From assembly GCF_009914755.1 (NCBI RefSeq), contig NC_060934.1: DNA of 64,000 bases; one strand, written 5' to 3'. Below the pieces are notes generated by a model that saw only the letters and a program-made list of their open reading frames with translations, was not told the origin of the DNA and ran no database searches. Of the stretch, positions 1 through 33,085 are shown piece by piece. This DNA comes from the human T2T-CHM13v2.0 reference genome, Homo sapiens. Both the position numbers and the translations under genes were made by a program. How positions within the stretch are numbered: the stretch's first letter is position 1; the number at the start of each line of letters is the position of its first letter.

Positions 1-779
1 CTTCAGAAGGACCTGACTTCAGTACACATAAATCATCCTGCTTGGTTGTGAATGCAATTAGTTTTACTTTCACAAGAATCGTGTCCTCTTGTTGATCTCT
101 TTCCATTTTCTTCATACTTACATCTACTTTCTAATACCGTCACACTTCCTTTCTAGGCAACTTCTCCCTTTTTGCCAACTTCAGGTGGCCAAAGAAATAT
201 GCTATCAGTTTCATCTCTCTTGTTTGGAGGCTGATGTGCTCCCTGAACATACAGTCCTAATCCCAGCTCAATTTTCATGTTCAGGAAATAGGTGGGGTAT
301 CATGCTTGCTTCACAGAGAAACTGAAACCTATTCCTGAATACGATCTTTCCCACATTACTTCCAGTCTGGAATTCTGCATTCTCACTGCACAATGATTTC
401 CAGTCACTCATGTGTTAAGATTTAACATGTAAGTCCTTTATCTAGCTGAGAGATCCCAGATTCGGGTTCCTGCCCCGTCAGTAAGGGAAGATACAGCAAG
501 GAGTTTGTAAAAGCACTAGCCCAGAAAACATCTCAAGCCGTTAGATCCATTTCAGGGTCTGGTTCACGCCAGTTGGCTTCACCTTAATCGAGTTAGTAGC
601 ACTTACCTGAGCTTCGGGATACCCCATCCCACCCTATTCCTGTTTAGTCCCAGGTGGGGTCCAGGGCTTTGGCTGACAGATTTTCGATCCTGAGTCCCGA
701 TTCAGATTTCACTGACGGTTAGAAATAGGTCCTGGTTCCTGACTGGGATCAACTCCCAGCTGGGACCTTGCTTGAATGG

Positions 780-2550
780 AGTGTCGGTTCGAATCATGTG
801 GTAGTGGCAGGAGCCAGGAAGGAACCCATGTCGGCTCCGGCTCTCAGCCGGGATCCTGGCTCCGGACAAGACCCAGGGGTCGGGTCAGCCCCAGGTCGGG
901 TTCGAAGCCGGGTGCAGGTCTCACCTTGACGCAGTCGATGGGGTACATCACGCAGTGCTCCAGGATCCCTGCCACGGCGCCTGCCACCATGTGCGTGGTG
1001 ACAGTGGCTCCAGCCGGCAGCGCCTCGTAGTCCGGGCCGGAGTCCGGATCTTGTCGTACCGGGGGCCTGCAGGCCCCGGCCTCCCCGCCGCCGGCCCCCC
1101 GGCCCACGCCCCGCTGCAGCCACCCGTCCAGCAGCGCCGACTCCCCGGGGCTCCGCCCGGGCCCTGCCGCCGGCCCCCCCGCCACACCGCCAGCACCCCG
1201 CCCCTCCAACTCCATCCACCCGGGCCAGCTGCGGCGCCCACCCCCGCCGCCGCTGCCACCACTGCCGCCGCCGCCCCCCGGCCCCGTAGTGTCCGCCTCA
1301 GGCGCGGCCCAGAGAGCCCGGGGCCTCCGGCTCCCGCTTGGCCCCGAGGACACGCCCCCCAAGCAACCATTGGTGGAGACGCCAAGTTAGACCCACCCCT
1401 TTCCTTACGTACGAAAAATCAGCCGGCAGTATTAGCGAAGTCGCCTGTCATTCCTCCGCCCTGAGGCGTTGCTAGCGCCTACATCCCACCTTTTCCCCTT
1501 TGATCTTAGAAGCTTCTTGTTTATTGGTCACTGATTGGCCGACATGTGCGATCAACCCGCCTCTGACTTTTAGAAGGGCGGGAGAAACTTAAGGCTGAAC
1601 TTTGATAGGCTCAACCACTCTTGATACTTTGACCGCGGCCATTGGCCCGCACCACGTCGGTCCCCGATTGGCTACAGAAAGAGCGACGCGCCCAGGGACT
1701 CTAGGGGCCGACTTCGGGCCCCTCACTAGCGCCTGCAGAGCTGCGGTCCCTGTGCGCGGGATCGCGTCGGGGGCGGGGCGGCGACAGGCCTTCAACGTCA
1801 AACTGCTGACGGGCGCCGTTACGACCCGCGCTCCGTGCGCTCCTCAAATTCTGAGACGCGTGGCTGGAGAGCGGGCGGCCCTGGCCCCGGAGAGCCGTGT
1901 TCCCGCGGGATCTCGTCGCGGGCGTGAGGCGGGGCCGGCCTGGGCCGGTCATCCCTGGCTGGCGCGACCCGCAGCCTGTCCGGGAAGCCGTTGCGACATG
2001 CGGGCTGGGAACCGCCTCACCTCCAGGGGGGACCGCGGCGGCCCGCTAGACTCTGGTCGGGTCTGGAGTATTGGGCCCTCTGGCCGGACCCGGTGCTCCT
2101 CAGGCCCCAGCGCCCGGCACTGAGCCTCGCATCCACATTCGCAGAGTAAACCCAACAAGTGTTGAATGAATGAGGTTCCCCGGGCCCCGGCTGTCACTGG
2201 GCTCTGCGCCAGGCCAAGAGCCGAAGGCGGGGGAGGAAGATGTCGAAATGGGCGGGATGATTCACAGATGACGGCCGGTGGCGAGGCGGGGCTGGAGGCC
2301 GCATCCCAAAGGCAGCAGGGAAGTGCGGCGGCTGTGGGGAAGCTCGGACGCACGGCCTGGCCGAGTCTGAAGCATCAGTATTTTGTCCCTGAGCCGGCGC
2401 GCTGATGGGTCCCCCGCCTGGCGATGAGGGCTTCTCCCTCCCTCGGGTCAGCCCGGGTCCTGAGAGGCAAGGCCAGCGATTCCCGGCCTTAGGACCTCCT
2501 GCGCTAGGGAGCACGGGCGTCTTCTTCCATTTGCCTTCCCCGAGCGTGTT
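780..2550. promoter_or_regulatory. CpG island / SLC25A28 promoter, probably bidirectional
   Basis: Very GC- and CpG-rich. ATTGG (CCAAT on the minus strand) at 1369, 1523, 1534, 1641 and 1667; GC box GGGGCGGGGC near 1769. Confidence 0.9.
925..1215 (-). CDS. SLC25A28: Mitoferrin-2 (mitochondrial iron carrier) coding exon 1, 97 codons
   Basis: ATG at 1215 reads [10 protein letters not shown]...[23 protein letters not shown], including the start of the carrier signature P-x-D-x-x-K. It ends at a phase-0 donor AAG|GTGAGA (925/924). The remaining exons lie left of the window. Confidence 0.97.
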
Positions 2551-2916
2551 GGCACAAGCTGCCCGCGGTTTCCAGCTCTGTCTTCTCTGTTTTACCCAGA
2601 TGATGCAACTGTGGACTTCTCCATCTGTTTATAGGTTTTCCTTGGATAGGAAAGATGTTTTCCTTTTTTCTTTCTAAAGTTTAGCCCTTCTCTGGGCTTC
2701 CTTTTTAAAAACTTTTTCTACTCTCTTCAGCAGTTGTTATTAACCTTTAGGTCGCGACCGTTTGGAAAATAATAAAACTACGAATTCTCTTCTCCTACTT
2801 CCACCTCCCATCCCCTGTGTGCACTCAAAATTTTACATATCATTTCTGCGTTTCAGAGTCCCTGAAGGTGCCATGTGGACACCCTAGGGGTCCATTAACC
2901 TGGTTAACCTCTCCCT

Positions 2917-3215
2917 GGCCGGCGCAGTGGCTCATGCCTGTGACCCCAACACTGTGAAGGCCGAGGTGGGACGATTTATTGAGCTCAGGAGTTCGAGACC
3001 AGCCTGGACAACATGGCAAAACCCCGTCTCTACAAAATAATAAATACAAAAAAGTACAAAAATTCAAAAATTAGCTGGGTATGGTGGTGTGCACCTGTAG
3101 TCTCAGCTACTTGGGGGAGGATTGCTTGCGCCAGGGAGGTCGAAGCTGCAGTGAGCCGTGTTCATGCCACTACACTCCAGCCTGGGTGACAAAGCAAGAC
3201 TTTGTCTCAAAAAAA
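2917..3215 (+). mobile_element. Alu (AluJ-like)
   Basis: GGCCGGCGCAGTGGCTCA start, dimeric body, A tail. Confidence 0.9.
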
Positions 3216-3734
3216 TTTTTTTAAAAGGAACTTCTCCCCCACAGCATGTTCAGTCTCTCCTTTTCTCTAGCATATTTAGCTTGAGAAATGAATAGGTCTC
3301 ACAAAAACCCATTCAATCCTGCTAGAGTACTAATTCCCTTTACTGCCAGATTACTCCACTAATGACCTATCCAACTCTATGTCCTTTCTCTCCTTAAGCT
3401 CTTTACATTTTTCACTCTTTTATTCATTGGTCATAAATGACCTTTCCAAATCCATCGGTCTTTTTCCTATTCCCGTTTTTCTTAACAGAGATAACACTTG
3501 CCGCCACACCACATTGGCACTTTTTACTAGCTTCAGAAACCACTCTACCTTTTAGACATCTCAGTCGCTTACACTTCTCTAGCCATTGAAGTGGAACATC
3601 CCTAAACGTTTAATGCTTCTTGGTCATCTTTAATACCTTAGAGAACTTTGCCATTCCAAACCAGTTGTCCTCATTGGAACCCTATCTTTATTTCCCTTAT
3701 TGCATACTTTTAACTGAAATTTCCATGGGAACAT

Positions 3735-4170
3735 TCAGTAATGTTTATTGTGTACCAACTGTGTACTTGAAGCTGGGGATACAGGACAGACATAGTCCAT
3801 GTTCTCATGGAGCTTTTTAATGATGAGGGTGGGGAGGTGGGACAGAGAAAAATACACACAAAAAATGTCAGCTCTGGATGCTATGCTGACCTTTGAAATA
3901 GGGTGGTATGATATAGTGTGACTGGGTGGCTACATTTGTATGGCCAAGGAAGGCCTTTCTGAGGAGACGACATGTATGGTGAGTTCTGAATGATAGGCAG
4001 GAGCCAGTCATGACAGACTTGGAGAAGGGCATGCCAGCAGAAGGAACAGTAGGTACGACAACCCTAAGGTGAGAACAAGGTTGGTGCATGAGGAACAGAA
4101 AGAAGGCCAGTGTGGCTGGAGCATGGTGAGTGAGTGGGGAGGGAATACAACACGAAGTTGGAAAGATAAA
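3735..4170 (-). mobile_element. L2 LINE fragment
   Basis: Degenerate L2 3'-end-like sequence. Confidence 0.55.
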
Positions 4171-4469
4171 CAAGGGGTGAATATCCACCTTGATTTCTGA
4201 CTCAGCGTGTCCATTCCAAGCTCAGCCTTTCCACTCCCCACCCCAACCCATTCCTCCAAAATGTTCGTTTTCCATGAAAGTCTTCATTATTTGCCCAATA
4301 GATGAGACTCTAAAGCTGGAGTCTTCCTTGACTGCCCATTCAGAATCATCATCATTCTGAACTGTTTCTTCTGTTTATGCTCTCCTTTTCCTTCGTATTG
4401 ATATACTTTCCTTGAATCTGATTACATCTGTATTGTCATAACCCCTTGAAAGGCCTGCCTGCCTCGAGG

Positions 4470-4812
4470 ATCCCCTAGCTTCAGCAGTATTTTGATTCTC
4501 CTCCTTCCAGGTACACAGTAGGATGTTTTTTCCACCTCCTTGAAGATAGGCATGGCCCTGGGATTTGCTTTGGCCAGTGAAATACGAGGGAAGCACAAGA
4601 GTCACACATTTCCTCCTCTGCCACATGACTAGTGATTGTTCAAATGGTGGAGACTCTGTCAGCCTGGGGCCCTGGTGAGAATGACATGAAGCAGAGTTCC
4701 CTACTTGTTACCTGCTTGCTCCCAGACAGACTTCAGCATCAGTGAGAAATAAATCTTAGTTGTTTCAAGACACAGAGCTTTTAGGATTATTCCACACCAT
4801 AGCATAAACTAG
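4470..4812 (+). mobile_element. MaLR LTR (MLT1-like)
   Basis: MLT1-like motifs ending in AGAAATAAATC...TAGCATAA. Confidence 0.5.
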
Positions 4813-4814
4813 CC

Positions 4815-5345
4815 CAGTACTTCTGTGATGATAAATGATGTTACCTGAAGAATTTGTTAAAATGCAGACTGCAGTTCTGTAGGTCTGGTTGGGGCCTAAG
4901 ATTCTTCCTTCCCTCTCTCCCTCCCTCCTCCCTCCCTTCCTTCCTTCTCTTTCTTCCTTCCTTTCTTCTCTTTCTTTCTTCCTTTCTCCTTCCTTCCTTT
5001 TTTCCTTCCTTCCTGTCTTCTCTTTTTCTTCTTTCTTTCTTCCTTTCTCCTTCCTTCCTTTTTTTCTTCCTTCCTTCTTTCTTTGTTTCTTTCTTTCTTT
5101 TTCTTTCTTCTTTCTTTTTTCTCTTTCTTTTTCTTTCTCTCTCTTTCTTTTGTAGAGACAGGGTCTTGCTATCTTGCCCAAAATGGTCTTAGAACTCCTA
5201 GGCTCAAGCAATCCTCTTGTCTCAGCTTCCCAAAGTGCTGAGATTACAGGTGTGAGCCACCACGCCTACCTAGATTCTGCATTTTTGACAAGCTCTCAAG
5301 TGATGCTGATGCTGCTAGACCTTGGACCACACTTTGAATAGTAAG
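4815..5345. mobile_element. MER5A-like hAT element interrupted by a minus-strand Alu monomer (5150-5270) and its expanded tail
   Basis: The MER5A-like text breaks at AGATTCT (~4899) and resumes at AGATTCT (~5272), consistent with a target-site duplication. Confidence 0.7.
4903..5150 (+). repeat. ~250-bp polypyrimidine (CT-rich) tract
   Basis: Almost pure C/T: TTCC, TTTC and CT units. Confidence 0.95.
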
Positions 5346-5428
5346 CACCTAACCTGCACACAAACCCATACACACTGTCGTACATCTCACCAGCACTAAA
5401 CCTGCCTAAAAAATTATAAAAGTAAGCA

Positions 5429-5722
<294 letters not shown>

Positions 5723-5821
5723 GTAGGCAAGGAACTTTATTGGTGATATTCTTCACAAACCCTCAGCAGTTTCCTGCACCTGCAACTCCTCAGGTACTAT
5801 AGTCATGTTTTCTTGTATTCC

Positions 5822-6487
5822 AGTGTCTGGAATTTATTCCTTCTGGTGGATTCTTGGTCTTGCTGACTTCAAGAATGAAGCCGCGGACACTCGCGGTGAG
5901 TGTTACAGTTCTTAAAGATGGCGTGTCTGGAGTTTGTTCCTTCAGATGTTCAGATGTATCCAGAGTTTCTTCCTTCCAGTGGGTTCGTGGTCTCGCTGAC
6001 TTCATGATTGAAGCCGCAGACCTTTGCAGTGAGTGTTACAGCCTTAAAGGTGGCGTGTCCGGAGTTGTTTGTTCCTCCCGGTGGATTCGTGGTCTCGCTG
6101 ACTTCAGGAATGAAGCCGCAGACCCTTGCGGTGGGTGTTATAGCTCATAAAGATATTGCCGACCCAAAGAGTGAGCAGCAGCAAGATTTATTCTGAAGAG
6201 TGAAAGAACAAAGCTTCCACAGCATGGAAGGGGACCTGAGCAGGTTGCTGCTGCTGGCTAGGGTGGCCAGCTTTTATTCCCTTATTTGGCCCTGTTCCCC
6301 CACATCCTGCTGATTGGTCCATTTTACAGAGCATTGATTGGTCCATTTTACAGAGTGCTGATTGGTGTGTTTACAATCCTTTAGCTAGACACAGAGCACA
6401 GATTGTTGTGTTTACAATCCTCTAGCTAGACAGAAAAGTTCTCCAAGTCCCCACCTGACCCAGAAGCCCAGCTGGCTTCACCTCTCA
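5822..6487 (-). mobile_element. ERV9 solo LTR (LTR12 family)
   Basis: Minus strand starts TGAGAGGTGAAGCCAGCTGGGCTTCTGGGTC. It has CCAATCAG repeats, GAATAAAAGC and tandem U5 repeats. 4-bp TSD TTCC at 5818-5821 and 6488-6491. Confidence 0.92.
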
Positions 6488-6559
6488 TTCCCAGTACAAT
6501 TGTTTTTTCACATTCTCCCGTCTGTCTTGTAATTTTCTACATCTCTCTATGAGACCACT

Positions 6560-6980
6560 CATTTTTTTTCTTTAGTAATAGAAACCTCAAGTTTCAATTT
6601 GGGCATGTGGCTTCCCAGCTAAAGCCCATATATTTTTCCCCAGCTTCCCTGGCAATCAACATTGGAGGTGTGACTAAGTTCTAGTTAGTGGGATGTGAGG
6701 GAAAGTGATGTTTGAAACACCTGGGTTGTACCTTTAAAAGAAAAGGATATGTTCTCCTCTTGCTCATTTTCTCCCTTCTCGTCAGAACACAGACCCAGAA
6801 GATAATTATTTTTGGCCATGAGGACAAGGCCTGTACTTTAGCTGGTGGCAGAGCAAAAGTTAGAAGAAACCTGTGTCCTTAACACCATGAGGCATCCTAT
6901 CACCTCAGACCACTTGTGCTCAGACATGAGAAAGCTTGTTAAGCAATTGCTGTTAATGGGAATCTTTGTTACAGCAGGTG
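6560..6980 (+). mobile_element. ERVL LTR (LTR33-like)
   Basis: TTCCCAGCTTCCCT...TGTGACTAAGTTCT motifs. Confidence 0.5.
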
Positions 6981-7898
6981 AATTTATATCCTAGAGAAGC
7001 TGCTCTTCCTTAGAATGCATTTCCCCCTTTGTTCTTATCAAATTTCTCATTATTGAAGGTTCAAAACAGGTCCTACTGCTGCGTCCAGCTTACACTACCC
7101 CCTTCTCTGAACTGCCATCATACCTGGGCATGTGATATGAGTGTAGTATAAAATGAGATTGATTCCAGCAGCCACACATGAAAATAAGACTGCTAACCTT
7201 ACAGCCACTTAAAAAGAAACTGATTCCTAAATGGTGAAGAAACAGAACATAAGAGCTACAGGAATTCAGAGATGGGGTAAGCAGTGAGGACTGAAAGGAT
7301 CAGGAGATATCATTATTTATCTCATTAGTTTTCAAACTGGAGACTGTGTACAGGAAGACTTTCCAAGGGTTATTTAGGAAACATTGTTTCAAGGGAATTA
7401 ATTTGCTACTCCTCATCTGGATTAATTCTTTCCTAAAATTCCTCTTCCTGAAAAAGCCGTTGAAACAATTCTTCTTTCCTTTCTCCCCTTTCTCAATCTG
7501 TCCTTTTATCTTACAAAAGAAAAGTGTGACCTGACTCACTTCTCATCTTATTATCATTTATTCGCTGGGTGCATAAAAACACCCAGGTTGTCAAACAATC
7601 CTTGTGCTGGCAAAGCCTTCAATCAAGATATAACAGTAGACTTCATGTCTTTCCCTGACTTACATATATTCCTGTTAAGGGCAAAACATGGCTTTAAGAA
7701 TGGAAATTTCAGCCCATGTGGGATATTCTGTGTATATAAATATGGTACAGTGGAGCAGTGGTTTTTTTTTTTAATTTGTAATTCTCATTTATTGAGGAAA
7801 ATATAAGTAGAGGGCAGTTTTCTATCCCACCGTTAGTCCTTCTTCCCCAGATTCCTTATTCCACTTTTGTCTGTCTGATGAGTCACTTTCATTCTTTA

Positions 7899-8960
<1,062 letters not shown>

Positions 8961-9465
8961 AGTGAGTTTTTGATTTACATCACCGATACCAATCTCTGAC
9001 TATTATCAAAGAATACATTGCTTCTGGAGGGAGATTCTCCTGAGAGCAAAGTAAAGAGAGCATAATTAAATATTAAAGGTGAGAGAGCCTTATTTCATTT
9101 AAGTGGCACATTTATGGCAAGGTTTGTGGCCTATCTCTCTTGGGACTATGATATGTAAGACTTACAATTTTTATTTTTATGCTGGGAAGTAATAAAGGGC
9201 AATGATCCCTCTCTGGTCAGAAACAAGAAAAAGCTGAGTAATACTCCTCATTTACTCATGTCTCGACTTGAGTTTCAATTTTATATTTTGCATTACTTCT
9301 AGGAGAAGTATGGGGAAAGTACATGTTTACATGTTTTCACAGATCAACATTATGCCATCAAGTAAAAGGAAAATATGTCAAAAACAAATTTGTCTTTTAT
9401 ATTTTCTTGAAAGTTTATTCAGGCTTGCAGTAAAAACGTTTTCATTTTCCTTTGTCAAAAGATTA

Positions 9466-11412
<1,947 letters not shown>

Positions 11413-12744
11413 ATGCAAACTTTTTGACCCTAACATAGGCCTAAAAATCATCTTCAGAGTGAGGCATGAGAATCTGCATTTTATAAGCAGGTCATTCTGA
11501 CACAGGTGGTCCCTGGACCACATTTTGAAAAATATTGCTATGATATCACCACACTAGTTCTGAACATCCAATTGGTGCTAGTTTAATAGGCTAAAAGCCA
11601 TGACTCAGCAGGGGGCAGCAAAGCTTAATAGTGCTAGCCAATTCATTTATTCTCTCAATATGTGCCAGGCCTTAAACGAAGTCCTAGGGATAAAAGATGC
11701 ATAAATCCACACATGGTCTCTTCTCTGGTGGAGCTTAAAGTCTTCTGGGGAAGACAGGCATTAACCAAAGATTCATGAATGTAAAATTACAACTGGGATG
11801 TGTGAGATGAAGGAAAGGCACATGATATACTAAAATCATATGTTAAGGGGACCTAACTTAGCCTAGGGGGTTATGTCGCACAAGGGAAATGACATTTGAA
11901 GTAATATTTTAAAGATAAGAAGAGTTAATTAGGTTACATCAGATGGAGGGATAGTGGAAGGAGTAAGGGAGGTAGTGGAAGGAGTAAGGGAAGGAGTAAT
12001 TTTCTGGACAAAGAAAACATAATAGCAGGAGTCCTGTGGTCACAGGACAAGAACAGTGTTTGTGAGGCCAGATGAAGCATGTCTGAGTCCTAGGAAGTAA
12101 GTAAGGAGCAGTCCTTGAGAGGCTTTGAAAGTCATGTTTCAAGGGATTGGTTTATATTTTAAGAACAATGGGATTCCATTGTGGAATTCTAAGTTGAAGT
12201 TGGGCAACATGGTCAATTTTGCATTTTGAAAAGGTCACTGGTTTCTGTGAAAAAAGATTGAGGGCAGCAACCCTAGAAGCTGGGCTATTATTCATATTTT
12301 ATAGATAAGGAAATGAGCTGTAAGAAACATAGCTTCCTCAAGGTAACACAGCTGGTTAGTGGTGAAACCAGCTTTCAAACACTGGTCTCTTGACTTCGTC
12401 TATTTTATTTAATTTTATATTATATCTTATTTTAAATTTTTATTTATTTTTCTTTCTCAGAAATCCTTGCTCTGATCTGCCTGACTTCAGAGTGTAAACT
12501 CTTAAATACACAGTCTGCTGCTTCTCCAGATCAAGGTAATAAACTAACAAAACAGAGTTAGTAAAAATGATTTTTAAAAAGTATAAACAGAAAGCCTCAT
12601 GTCTTGACTCATCCCATCTTTGCTTTGGTCATGACTCCTCACCAGAAAATGAGAATGGGAAGGATAGCCCAGGGTAGCTGAAGTTCCCTTACTTGACCTA
12701 AGCTTCACTTTCCTCATCTGTAAAGCAGTAATAATACTCTAATA

Positions 12745-13418
<674 letters not shown>

Positions 13419-14394
13419 TACTTCACTGGATTGTTTAAGGCTTAAATTACAAAAAGAATGCTAAATGCTTAGTTTAGTTTAGTACCAGGCATACTATATA
13501 CTATAGTTAGACCTCAACAAATGTGGATTATTACTATTATTATAATGATTACTTATTTTTTCCTTTATATCTGTCCATCCACCATCATAGAAATCAATGG
13601 CATCACATCACCTAACTCCCAAGCAAGAAACCAAAATTATCATAGTTACTGTCCTTTGCTTTTATTCTTTCTACTTCTTTTTTTCAGGTCAACTGTGAGC
13701 AAGGAACTTTTGCTTGTTTAGACAATCAACTTGTTGCTAAACTACAGCACCAAATTTTGGGTATCTCACAAATTAGCTTCCTTTTCTTCCTACAATAACA
13801 TCCTTACTTTGGGACTAGGTCATATGTGACCTTAGTTGTTGCATTGACTTTGTATCATAAATAGTAGACCAAATTCTTAAGTGAAACAGCTAGAATTACA
13901 AAGCTTTCCTTGAATGTTATCAAATAACATAAGGGTCTATCATCCTTGACATACAAAAACGATAAGCTATCAGCACAGGATAAATTTTGAGTTGTTTATG
14001 GAAGTAGATGTGATGTATTTTTAGTGCTCTGTGGTATTGTATACTTTATACATATGGGATGCATTATCAAAGTAACTAGCCAGTTATGAAGGCAGCAAAC
14101 ATGGACACAACATTTTCATTTAAAAAAAAAAAGTTGGCCTCAACCCCATAAGCCTTGAATCCCCAAGTTATCTGTGTGCGTGATTTTCCTGGCTGTTCTC
14201 CAGGTCCTATTCCAATTTCTTACTACATTTTTATTACAGGCACATTCCCAACACTCATACCTGGTCTTCTGCCTTATCCAATGCTGATTTCTTCATTGCC
14301 TTCTTTTAATCAACCAGCACTTTTCTCTGTATTACTTAGCCTTTCTTGCCTTCACAACTTACTCATTACAAACTAGCATATAAAAGCCTAGGCA

Positions 14395-14667
14395 GGCCAG
14401 GCGCGGTGGCTCACATTTGTAATCCCAGCACTTTGGGAGGCTGAGGCAGGTGGATCACCTGAGGTCAGGAGTTCGAGACCAGCCTGGCCAACATGGCAAA
14501 ACCCCATGTCTACTACAAATACAAAAAATTAGCTGGGTGTGCTGGTGCATGCCTGTAATCACAGCTACTTGGGAAGCTGAGGCAGGAGAATGAACTGAGA
14601 TCGCATGCCATTGCACTCCAGCCTGGGCGACAGAGGGAGACTCTGTCTTAAGAAAAAAAAAAAAAAA
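14395..14667 (+). mobile_element. Alu (AluS) with an internal deletion in the right arm
   Basis: TSD AAAAGCCTAGGCA. Confidence 0.9.
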
Positions 14668-14679
14668 GCCTAGGCAGAC

Positions 14680-20492
<5,813 letters not shown>

Positions 20493-20708
20493 TCCCATTT
20501 TCTCAATTTCAAGGAATGCCCAATTTTAAACTCAACCTAAAAAAAAATTCCCTGGAGAGGACCAAGCTTGATCCACTAGGTAATAACTCTTAATCAACCT
20601 CATTGCTTCATGAAATCTCATTGACTCCCTGCCCCCCCATCCCCCTACTCCGCCCCAGGCTACCTTCTTGGCACTGATCTTATTCCAAGGACTGGGCCAG
20701 CACCATGG

Positions 20709-20710
<2 letters not shown>

Positions 20711-20753
<43 letters not shown>
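20711..20753 (+). repeat. (CA)n microsatellite, ~21 units
   Basis: Directly visible. Confidence 0.97.
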
Positions 20754-20754
<1 letters not shown>

Positions 20755-21141
20755 CCTAGGCATTTACATCAACTGCATCAAAAGAGATAATCCCATATTT
20801 TAGGAAATGGAAAGTTATTCTCATAGCGACAAAGTTAAATCACTTATCCTTTGGATTTAATTCACTTACTTCATGACTTACTTATCAGGCTTCAGTTATG
20901 TGTGTACCCAGCAGTATGTTAAGGGACTGAGAAGGATAAGGAGGGGCAAAGAGTACAAAAAAAGAAAAAAACAAAAAAGCTAGGAAGCTATAGTCCTGCT
21001 TTTCAAGAAACTTGAAATCTCTGGTGAAAAAAGACATGCATGTGTTATACAACAATGGTAACTGACAGCCAGCATTTATGAGCGGCTCACTATGTGCCAG
21101 CCAATGTAGACATTATTATTTTCTAATCCTATATTGTTTTA

Positions 21142-21420
21142 TATTAGTTATCCATCACCGCATAACAAATTACCACAAAACTTAGTAGCTTAAAACAATA
21201 AATATTAATTATAAGTTTCCTTGGATGTGGCATTTGATATAATTGGCTAAGGCTACAGATACCTGAAAGATTGACTGGGGATAGAGAATGCACTTCCACA
21301 GTGGCTCACTCACACAGCTGGCAAGTTGATTATGGCTATTGGCAGGAGGCCTCAGTTTCTCCCCATGTGGGCATCTCCAGAGAGATGCTTAAGTGTCTTC
21401 ATGACATGGTAGCACATGGT
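21142..21420 (-). mobile_element. MaLR LTR (MLT1/MLT2-like)
   Basis: GCATAACAAATTACCACAAAACTTAGTAGCTTAAAACAA terminus. Confidence 0.55.
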
Positions 21421-21563
21421 ACCACATTCTAAGCAAATTATTGTACGTCTTTTGATTATATCCATTCTAGAGGATATGTACTATCTCATTGTGGTTTTAT
21501 TTTTTACTCTTAAAATTTTGTTTTAATGTTTATATATTTACGGGATACAAGTGCAGATTTCTT

Positions 21564-27694
<6,131 letters not shown>

Positions 27695-27711
27695 ACAAGT
27701 GCAGATTTCTT

Positions 27712-32270
<4,559 letters not shown>

Positions 32271-33085
32271 CTTCTCATTGTAGTTTTAATTTGCATTGCT
32301 CTAATGACTAATGATTTTGAACATCTTTTGAACAGATTGCTTATTTGCCATCTGTATATCTTATTTGGTGAAGTGCACAAATCTTTCGTCTATTTACACC
32401 TGGGTTGTTTGCTTTCTCATTATTTAATTTTGAGAATTCTTTTCATATTCTAGATACAAGCCCTTTATCAGATATGTGATTTGCAAATATTTTCTCCCAC
32501 AGAAGGATAACCCACTGTGTGGCTTATCTTTTCATTCTCTTAGTAGTGTGTTTTGAAGAGGAGTAGATCTTAGTTGCCTTTTTCTTTTCTTTTTTTTTTT
32601 TTTTTTGAGGTAGGGTCTCACTCTGTCACCCAGGCTGGAGTGCAGTGGCACATTCATAGCTCACTGCAGCCTTGAACTCCCGGGCTCACATGATCCTCTC
32701 ACCTCAGCCTCCTGAGTAACTCGGATGAGAGGTCCATGCCACCATGCCTGGCATATATTTTTATTTTTAAACTTTTTTTAAAGATAGAGTCTGACTGTGT
32801 TGCTCAGGCTGGCCGTGAACTCCTCCCATCTCAGCCTCCCAAAGAGCTGAGATTACAGGCATGAGCCATCATGCCTGGCCTAGATCTTAGTTTCAATGGA
32901 GACCAATTTATTAAGGTTTTCTTTTGGTGTGTGAGTGTGTATCTTGCTTTTGCTGTTGAATCTAAGAAATTTCAAGGCTACCAAGATTTTCTTCTCTATT
33001 TTCTTTTATAAGTTTTATCGTTTTAGCTCTTACATCCAGGACTATGATCTATTTCAAGTTAGTTTTTATAAGTGATGTTAGATTT
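32271..33085 (-). mobile_element. L1M fragment with an Alu (-, 32579-32880)
   Basis: L1 ORF2 3'-like text; Alu TSD TAGATCTTAGTT. Confidence 0.75.

Noticed and set aside
1254-1270. Possible iron-responsive element in the mitoferrin-2 5'UTR (C-GGCGG-CAGUGG-UGGCA)
   Set aside because: The loop motif and bulge C are present, but the upper stem has two mismatches, the sixth loop base is G and there is no lower stem; a chance match within a GGC repeat
948-1370. Upstream overlapping ORF from ATG 1370 on the minus strand
   Set aside because: The ATG overlaps a CCAAT box and is probably upstream of the main transcription start; long ORFs are expected in GC-rich DNA
1641-1657. ER-stress element (ATTGG...CCACG)
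   Set aside because: The spacing of 6 nt fits neither ERSE (CCAAT-N9-CCACG) nor ERSE-II (ATTGG-N1-CCACG)
776-2677. Many overlapping ORFs in the SLC25A28 CpG island
   Set aside because: Stop-codon depletion; low-complexity Gly/Ala/Pro/Arg content with no domain
4765-5211. Lys/Glu/Arg-rich and Phe/Leu/Ser-rich ORFs
   Set aside because: Translations of the CT tract
5824-6150. CRISPR-like or novel tandem array
   Set aside because: These are the normal U5 tandem repeats of LTR12
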